In this document: in pieces, positions 55,166-64,000 of the stretch
Layout of the letters: every line of letters begins with the position of its first letter
Position numbering within the stretch: the first letter of the stretch is position 1
The notes under the pieces: generated by a model
The model's input: only the letters and a program-made list of their open reading frames with translations
The model's database searches: none
What the model was told of the DNA's origin: nothing
NCBI GenBank assembly: GCA_964016885.1
Contig: CAXHJY010001162.1
Coordinates: 34,729 to 98,728, forward strand
Length of the DNA: 64,000 bases
From: Eledone cirrhosa
Taxonomy: Eukaryota
Direction: 5' to 3'
Position numbers and translations under genes: made by a program

Positions 55166-55619
55166 TAATCACAAAACGGGCTCTAATCAGAGTCAATATC
55201 CTCTCAATTCTGGATCTATCCGGATTGCATAGGATCGGTGGGAAGAGTCAGTGACTCTTTTCTTCTTTCTCACATCCTAGACGCTGTGATAGAGACGGGG
55301 TCAGTGCATCTGAACAGAACAAGCCATTGAAATACTGTGATTTATCGGTAAATTAGCTTATTCAGCCTATAACACTGGAAACATTGGGTTGAATGGTGCC
55401 GCTGACAATAATGTTTATGTTATCCTTGGCTGCTCATTTTACTGAGGCATCAGGTGGAATTAGTGGGTGTAATTGGCTATTCCAGTGCTATAGCTTCACT
55501 ATCACCTGCAGCATTGCCGTGAGTATTTTGGTTCATCTCAAAATGTTTTTAGAGGGCAACACCAGCATTCCCCATTGTAGTATGTAATTCGCACCAGTAA
55601 AAAAAAAAAAAAGATTGAT

Positions 55620-55780
55620 TCAAGCATGACCGAATGGTTAAGAAGTTTGCTTCACAATCATACGAGGTTGGCTTCGATATCACTGCGTGACATCATAGAC
55701 AAGTGTCTTTTACCATAGCTTCGGGGCAACCCAAGCCTTATAAGAGTAATTGGTTTGACGGTCACCGTGTGGAAGCCTGT
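55620..55780 (+). mobile_element. Diverged tRNA-derived SINE (third family)
   Basis: TGACCGAATGGTTAAG A-box-like head, CAAGTGTCTT core and TGTGGAAGCCTG tail. The tail also appears at ~46020. Confidence 0.55.
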
Positions 55781-56749
55781 TGGATGGATTTTGCTTGCAA
55801 TTCAAATAAATAGCCTAATGATTCACTATGTCATGCTGATTCTCCCAGAGAATTATGTTAAGGTGACATGCGCTAACGGAATACTCAGCCATTTATATTC
55901 TGAGCTGCATTTAAGGTGCTAGAGAACTGCATTTCTCGTCACCCGAGTTCAAGTCTTGACTATTCCATTGTTTTCTTTACATCGCTAATACTATTGGGAA
56001 GGGCAATACACCACGCAATCTGCTTCCTTCCGTCCTTCCTGTCTAATAAATTCCAGGCATTTCACTTATGTAAGATCAATTGTTGAGGCGTCAATGTGAA
56101 ATCATCTTTATTTCTCGGTTAATTATTTCAGCGGACCAGTTTCCAATCATATTTGAGCCGTTTAATTCACTGAACTTCTCAAATGTCAATGGTGGAAAGG
56201 ACAGCATGAACACTACAACTTTGCATAACTCGTCGCTAAGAGATAGTTTATACAAAATCGTCATGTGTGACGTATTTATGCTTTGTTTTTACTATTGGAG
56301 ATCTTTAATTATTTGTCAGTGAATACTAGTCTCAGCTATTGAGACGAGTGGATCGATTGGTTCTTTAATAAATGCAGATGAATCAATAAGGGTAAATATA
56401 TTAGTTCTTTAACCATAGATCACAGTCGAAATATGTTGACCACTATAAAAATAAATTCTCGGAATCAATAAATAATGAGCAACAGTGCTTTTGATGTCAT
56501 CTCTCTGTTCTGTTCTTTGTGTACACGTGTGTACGTGGTTAGTTCAATAAGTACTCAACCTGATGGTTACATAGATCAATAAATAAATATAAATTCACAA
56601 TATACAAAGTACAACATATGTTTCCCTGCATACACGCGTATATCTCTTCTTTACTAATGTTATCACCACATTTCCGCCAACACACTACAAGATCTGAAAA
56701 ATCTTTTTCAAAAGAAATCTGGTCTAGAATTGTCAAAGAAGTGCTGCTT

Positions 56750-57400
56750 GATAGCTTTGATACCAAAACGAATTCTTGATGATGTTCAAAATTATTAACG
56801 AAAAGGTTAAGCTCATCTTGGTTTAAAAAATATGTTCTGGTAAATCCGTCTTTGCATTCAGAAATATTTCAAAATCGCATGGAACGAAATCTAGGCTATA
56901 CATTGTCTGTAGGAGCACAACTAAACCATCAGTCTCAATTGTTCAAAAAGAGCCAACAGCTGCGTTTATGGGTGAATTGTCTTAAAGATACCAGAGTGAG
57001 TGTTATGTTTCAGGACATTTTCCATTTTTCTTCTTGCACTTTCTACTTGCTCATTGTGGCAGTCCACATCAAACTTAACAGTTTTGCCAGCAAAATTCAA
57101 CAAGATTGTCACCTAACGCTTGGAAGCATCACTGATATTGTGAGCTTCCTTGCTGGCTTGACTCTGGTCTAACTTCCACCCGCACGATGAAATCTTAGTT
57201 TATGGGATGTAAAAGGAGAATGGAGTTTTTTTTTATCGTCTTATATCTGATTTATAAAAAAAAAAAAAAGTTAGCCTCTTAATCTTGCGAGGTCTGTAAA
57301 TTCCCTCCCAGTAAAACAGTTCGAAAGTCGTTTTATTATTTCATTAGGTAGTTTAAAATATCGTCCTTGAACATAACTTCCTAGCTTCTTTATATCAAAG
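56750..57400 (-). mobile_element. Highly decayed mariner-type transposase remnant
   Basis: Minus strand VLLQTMYSLDFVPCDFEIF matches the mariner YSPDLAPxDF motif, and upstream FYIP*TKISSCGW resembles YxPETKxQSxxW. Many stops. Confidence 0.55.
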
Positions 57401-58339
57401 CCTTTGATAATATTATAGTACCAACATTAAAATGAAGCCTCTTTTGAAGTAACACCAATTCATCGCTCTTCTATAATACTTTTTTTTACTACAGAATCCT
57501 TAGCAGTTTCCCAAATTTTTTGTAAGGTAAACAAGAATTTTCTAAACCAATATTTCACAATTTTCCTTGATTTTTTTCGACAGTCATCGTAAAATGCTGC
57601 AAAGCTGTTCCAAGAAAACATTGCAAAACATGACTTCTCTCTTGTTGCCTGGTTTTGGTTTGTTTGCAAATAAGAACATCGTCCATTTGTGAAGACATAT
57701 AGGAAGAAGAAAAACTGAATACATGATCTTTCATAAAAAAAAGGATCAGTGTATGTGTGTGTGTTCATTTATATGATGGACTACCATCTCTGCATATTAG
57801 TTGGAGTTCTTCAAAGATTTCTTTCCCTGGTTTTAGCCTAAATACTAAATACATGATAATTCATCGATATTTAACAGCTTCCATTTGAATAAACAAACAA
57901 ACAGTAATACCTCAAAATAAAGATTTTTTCTTTATGTGATATAATGGGTTATTTTTTTTATTATAAAAAAATGTTAGAATATATATATGTTGATGTTTGT
58001 GTCGAGTACTTATTGACTCAAATCGTATGTATATCTTTATCTCTTTGTACTTCTTTTCTCTATGTATATTTTTATAATAGTTGTGAGGGTGTGCGTTTGT
58101 ATATACTTGAATGTGTATGTGTGTGTATTCGTTTACTGCATATACATGTTGTGTTGGTAATATGATGGCGGGTGTATTTGCGTGTGAGTATACATGAATC
58201 AATCACTCAATCAATTTATTAGTCAACCCAGTTAGCTATTTATCTGTCTACGTATCGATTACTCTATCTGCTTCTCTTTATTCCATTCATCCATTCATTC
58301 ATCTACCGGCCTATAGTAAGAAAATACACACACACACAT

Positions 58340-58430
<91 letters not shown>

Positions 58431-58435
<5 letters not shown>

Positions 58436-58492
58436 AACCAGTAAGACCCCGACGGCTGAGCTCAAGCCGTTTCGACGGCTAATTCTGGACTG
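58431..58492. mobile_element. P-A Penelope-like terminal fragment
   Basis: GACCCCGACGGCTGAGCTCAAGCCGTTTCGACGGCTAATTCTGGACT follows (TA)n. Confidence 0.65.
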
Positions 58493-58713
58493 TGTGTAAG
58501 TTTATATGTATATATATATAGAAGGATTTAAATGGATACAGTTTAGTTAAAAGGAATTTATTGACACATGTTTCAATAACAGTTATAACTGCGTGTAATA
58601 TTCATATTACAACACTACGGAAAATACTGTATATATATATATAAACTTACACACTCAGATATACAAACCTTTCGATATATTCCGATACCTCAATAAAGTC
58701 TATAGTTTTAGTC

Positions 58714-59038
58714 CAGGGATGTGCAACATATTCCATTGGCGGGCCACTTTTGAACATTGGAACAACTATTAGGGCCAGTCACTGTCAAAAATATGTAATC
58801 TAATGAAAACCACAACTTCTTTCCATAACATGGAACTGGGAAATTATAACACACATAACCCTATCAGTGAAGCCCTTTAGTATAGGTCAACTAACAGAAA
58901 ATTGTATTACGGCTACGAAAAAGATTCTAAATAAGCCTACAAGGGAAAAGGGAAAAATTAAAAACGGTCATCGCGGGCCACTCTGACTGATCTGGCGGTC
59001 CTGATTGTGGCCCGCAGGTCGCCTGTTGCACGCCTCTA
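58714..59038. mobile_element. hAT (Charlie-like) MITE, unexpanded sibling of 53002-54399
   Basis: TIRs CAGGGATGTGCAAC / GTTGCACGCCTCTA and TSD TTTTAGTC/TTTTAGAC (7/8). It is colinear with both ends of the 53002 element. Confidence 0.88.
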
Positions 59039-59693
59039 TTTTAGACTGTCTTAACATTTAGGTATTTGCTTTCATTAGTTACTCTGAGGACAGGGACGCT
59101 ACCCATAACCTTTTTATATCCTTCGAGAGCAGAGATGGGAGCCCTGTCACCCTCATTCAAATTGGGAACCGCCTTTAGACGCAGTCCCTAAAACTTTATA
59201 TGGAAATAAGTCTTAAGAGCAGCGTAGTAATTTAATATAAGCCATTGCAATAAATGGGGGGAGGGGGGGGGAGATAAACACGTTCGTCACATTAGTAGAT
59301 AAACTTAATCAAATTAACAAAGAAAGGACAAGTCAACAAACGGAAACAAAACAAAACGAAAAACAATTTTTTAAGGTTTCCCCTTAAAAAGAAAATGTTT
59401 TTCGTTTTGTTTTGTTTCCGTTTGTTGTCTTGTCCTTTCCTTGTTAATTTAATTTAATTTAATATAAGTTGCATACCTATTAATTAGAAGAAAAAACCCC
59501 ACTGAAAATCAATTACACAGCACATATGCTTTGTACACTTTCAATTCCCTCTTGTTATTACAAAGTCCCCCCCCCCCCCCCCCCCCCCTCAACAATAACT
59601 GCTGAGGATTCGTAAATTCTGGGTAACAAGATGGGAAAGAAGCCAAAGGTTTTTAATGTAAACATGAGTTGGTCAAGGATATATATATATGTT

Positions 59694-59857
59694 AAGGCGA
59701 CGAATTGGCAGAGTCGTTAAGATGTCGGATAGTTTGCTTTACGGTATTCGCCCCACCTCATTGCACGCTCTGAGTTCAAATCCCACCAAGGTCAACTTTG
59801 CCTTTCATCCTTTCGAGATCGATAAAAAAAAGTACCAGTCCAGTACTGGGGTCGATT
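59694..59857 (+). mobile_element. SINE family A, older subfamily
   Basis: TTGGCAGAGTCGTTAAG head, GAGTTCAAATCCC B-box and core. Confidence 0.8.
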
Positions 59858-60475
59858 CTTTCTCTATAGAAAAAATCGGCTGTGTTCAGACCTGGAGAGG
59901 GTTGGGCTCTGCCAGGTTTATAAGTGCCCTAGACACGCTGTATGATGGTGCTTCTTTGACTCCACAAGGAGTTATAGGATCTTTATATGTATGACAGGGC
60001 ACTATTTGAGGCAAACAGTTTAGAATAGCACATGGCTTTGCTTCTATGCCTGTAGTGTTGGCGTGTGATGGGAATGAAAGCTAGGATGAACAATCCCAGA
60101 CAGCTAAGTAAATGACCAATACCATCTGCCGAGTTATGTCCCTTTTATGTCTCCTTCACAAATCCAATACAGCCTGAGTAACTCACATGTGGTAGCGACG
60201 CAGATGTAAAGGCTAAAATCACTGCTTACTACAGTTGGAAAACCAATACGCCACTTATCACGACTAACTGTGAAGCAGTTCTCCATTATTGCTGTTTGAA
60301 AGAGGACCGCCAGGAAAACAAAGTATATCCTTGTGTATCACATGACCTGTAAGTTTACCGGTTCTCATATTGCCACTGAATCTTTTGGTCATTTGTAAAC
60401 TAAGTTAGCTCTATAAGTAGAACTCATACAGGCAAACCCCGTTTTATTTTCAACTCTAGACATGCACGCACGCAC

Positions 60476-60614
<139 letters not shown>

Positions 60615-61544
60615 AAAGCTCCTAAACGCTCCTAAGTTTGTTCTCATATATCACACCTCATTGGTCTTTCGTTTTTCAGAAGGCCAATGAAATCAATGTT
60701 TCATTTTTACATTTGAAATCAGCAAAGATTTAAAGCACGCCAGGCGTGTAAACTTTCACAATCGCGTTTTGTCCAATATCCAGGGCCTCCACTCACATTC
60801 TATCAACCCCTGAAATTTTGATATAGATAGTACACCCTCTTGTGCAATAGTGACCTAATCCCATACACTCTAATACAGCTAGGGCTGTATGCAGGACCTA
60901 TGAGAGGGGTGTCCAGCCGGTACTTTGTTCCGGTGCCCAAGAGCTAAGAACCCTCACAGCAACCATTCAACATCCATTTTGAGAAACATCTTTGTCTATT
61001 TCGGGTCCCAAAGGGGTCTTGTACCGCCTTGCAAAATTTTTCTTGGAGGCCCTGCCAATATCTCCTCCACCCACATTCTATCAACCCCTGAAATTTGGAT
61101 ATAGATATTACGCCCTTTTGTGCAATAGTGACCTAATACACTCCAATACAGATATGTATGTATGTCTGTTCTGCGGGGTGCCATGGAAATACTCGGTTTG
61201 GTGCCCCAGCACGCGGTTAGCCAACTGGGAGTGAGAAACCCTTAGTTCTTGTTAGAGTATTATTCTAGGAGTTAAATTAGTTCAGTGCAAGGCTTTCTTC
61301 AATTAAACAAGCCTCAAGCTCAGGCGTCACTTGACTTAAACTTTCAGGTGTATTGCGTGAGCTTGACCTTTTCTTTAGTTGCAGCGTATACAGAAATGAA
61401 TCTAAGGCCTTGTGGGGGGGGGGGGTCACGTTCCTGTCGTCCATGTATGAGAAAAAGTTCAAGGGCTGACAATTCTCGAAATTAGGTATGTATGTATGTA
61501 TGTATGTATGTATGTATGTATGTATGTATGTATGTATGTATGTA

Positions 61545-61946
61545 TCTCTTTCTCTTAATTTCGAGTATATTTTTTGGACCGGCCACCTTCCTGGTTGGTG
61601 GCAAGGTTGTAAAAGAAAAGAAATTGTCATCCCTTGATTCGCAAGAATGTTTTGCAAATTTTGAAGGTGCCAGCTATTGCAGCCATTTGTAGACTATGAA
61701 TTAGGGAGCTGCGCTTTTTGTATGTATGTATGTATGTATGTATGTATGTATGTATGTATGTATGTATGTATGTATCTCTTTCTCTTAATTTCGAGTATAT
61801 TTTTTGGACCGGCCACCTTCCTGGTGGCAAGGTTGTAAAAGAAAAGAAATTGTCATCCCTTGATTCGCAAGAATGTTTTGCAAATTTTGAAGGTGCCAGC
61901 TATTGCAGCCATTTGTAGACTATGAATTAGGGAGCTGCGCTTTTTG
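61545..61946 (-). mobile_element. Two tandem 3' ends of the R4/Dong-like LINE in (TATG)n
   Basis: 61545-61720 and 61775-61946 are near-identical to 44766-44941 and encode KKRSSLIHSLQMAAIAGTFKICKTFLRIKG*. Confidence 0.7.
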
Positions 61947-63322
61947 TATGTATGTATGTATGTATGTATGTATGTATGTATGTATGTATGTATGTATGTA
62001 TGTGTGTGTGTGTGTGTATGTATGTGTGTATGTATGTGTGTATGTATGTATGTATGTATGTATGTATGTATGTATGTATGTATGTATGTATGTATGTATG
62101 TATGTTCTTCTGGTTTTATAATTTTACAAGAGAGAGAGAGAGTCGGTTTCTAACATAGACACAAGACTCTCTTATTGGAATTTACACAACATCAACTAGG
62201 TAGATTATGTCTGCATGTCTGCATGCATGCATGCGTGTGCAGGTATGGATGTTATTGTATGTGTGAATGTGTATATTTTGAGTTATATGTGTGCATGTGT
62301 ATATGCTTTGTATCTGTATGTATGTATGTATGTATGTATGTATGTATGTATGTATGTATGTATGTATGTATGTATGTATGTATGTATGTGTGCATGTGTG
62401 CCCATGCACACATATACACCTTCTTTTGTATTCGCGTCTTAAGTTTCTTGATGTGAAACCATTTATTGAAACAAGTATTCCTGTATTTTGAGACAGCCAA
62501 GCTTTCAATAAAGCAAATACATTAGTCGTAGTTCGTCTCTTAATGAATTAAGAGATTGGTGTCAGTCTTTCGTTACATACCTATAGTCTTTTCAGTGATT
62601 TACCTGTGACTGCTTTCTTCAATCTGGTCATTATATATTAATAGTCAGGCAGGTAATAATAAAAGTTTCGAAAGTGAGAGTATATGTTTGCTGTCGTGTT
62701 TTCCTAGTGAAAGAGAGAAGCGCGCGCGCGCGCGCGCGTGTGTGTGTGTGTGCGTATTGCTGGTTGTAGATTATGAGTTGGAAATTGGCATTGTTTTTAT
62801 CAGCGAATGTTTGGCCAGTATATTCAGAAAGTCTTGCAAATCAGTTCTAGAGTAACTCATGGTGGCCATATCGTCTGCATAGCAAAGATTTGATATGATT
62901 TTACCTCCTAAGAACAAGGAAGTACTAACATCAAAACAAGTTTCCTACCATTTGAAGGCTAAGATCTTTTAATATGAGATTTTTTTAAAGAAAAGAGAGG
63001 GGCAGAATCCTGTTACTTGAAGATGGAATATCACTTTCCTCCCCCAAACCAATTTCAACAACACATTCTTGACAAATGTTCCAAAACTATCCTTCTTTTC
63101 TCTTTTTACTGTCATCACATTCTTATCAAAAGACATGTATCTTACACCTCATTAAAACCCAGACACGCACCTAAATTTGAAAAACACCCTGCCATTATAT
63201 ACTCATCAAAGGTCAGCTAATGAATTAAAACCAGCAGGAGGGGATGTTTACAACAACCTTCTCAAACACCCTTATCTTGTTACCAACCTCACCATTTTCT
63301 GAGTGTATATATATATATATTA

Positions 63323-63356
<34 letters not shown>

Positions 63357-63616
63357 GTGTGTGTATGTATGTGTGTGTGTGCGTGTATGTGTGTATGCTT
63401 TAATTCCTCTAAATCTTCATCAACACTCATTAACACTACACCCCAGACACATCCAAATCTCTCTTATATATAGTCACACATCACAACACAACCTGATCTC
63501 AGTTTGACAATCGCCACCGACGAATGCGAGAAAGTTCTCCAACAAAGTCAACCAGGAATCTTTAAAATTCTCCCCACCGAAGTTAACAAAGAACTCACTA
63601 GATCTACCAACTCATA

Positions 63617-63790
63617 GCAGTATCGGTAGAGGGTCGGACGCCATGTTTTTCAGCATAGTTACGTCCCTTTACGATCTGAGTTCAAATCCCGCCGAGGTTG
63701 ACTTTGCCTTTCATCCTTACGGGGTCGATAAAATAAAGTACCAGTAATGCACTGGGTAATTGGTGGCCTTGTGCCTAAAGTAGAAAACAA
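63617..63790 (+). mobile_element. SINE family A
   Basis: Match to the family consensus. Confidence 0.9.
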
Positions 63791-63908
63791 ATATTATAAA
63801 ATTAAATCAAATTATTTAACACTACAAGTGAAGTAATTCCTTTCCTTTTTTTCAAATATACCTAACTGTACCAAGGATCTCACACATTTTCCAATATATA
63901 TATATATA

Positions 63909-63958
<50 letters not shown>

Positions 63959-64000
63959 TATATATATACATATGTATAACCTTTCTGTATCTATCGTAAT

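Overview
AT-rich, microsatellite-saturated eukaryotic (animal) genomic DNA. The repeat content suggests a coleoid cephalopod such as Octopus, which is an inference. Only one convincing host coding segment is visible: a 463-nt first coding exon (33296-33758, +) of an MFS sugar porter most like the H+/myo-inositol cotransporter SLC2A13/HMIT, followed by a >30 kb intron with no recognisable exon 2. The rest is decayed mobile DNA and tandem repeats: about 20 tRNA-derived SINEs; Tx1/L1, RTE, CR1 and R4/Dong-like LINE pieces; hAT and mariner transposase relics; several MITEs; and satellites. Almost all long ORFs in the supplied track are repeat artefacts. The most notable unannotated signal is a set of eight hand-foldable minimal type I hammerhead ribozymes, from about six sequence families, plus degenerate copies. 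They sit in (TA)n-flanked Penelope-like terminal-repeat fragments that often form long fold-back hairpins. Other points of interest are an 11 x 108-bp satellite formed inside a hAT MITE whose unexpanded sibling lies 4.3 kb away, and an R4/Dong-like LINE found only in (TATG)n. All coordinates and folds were read by eye.
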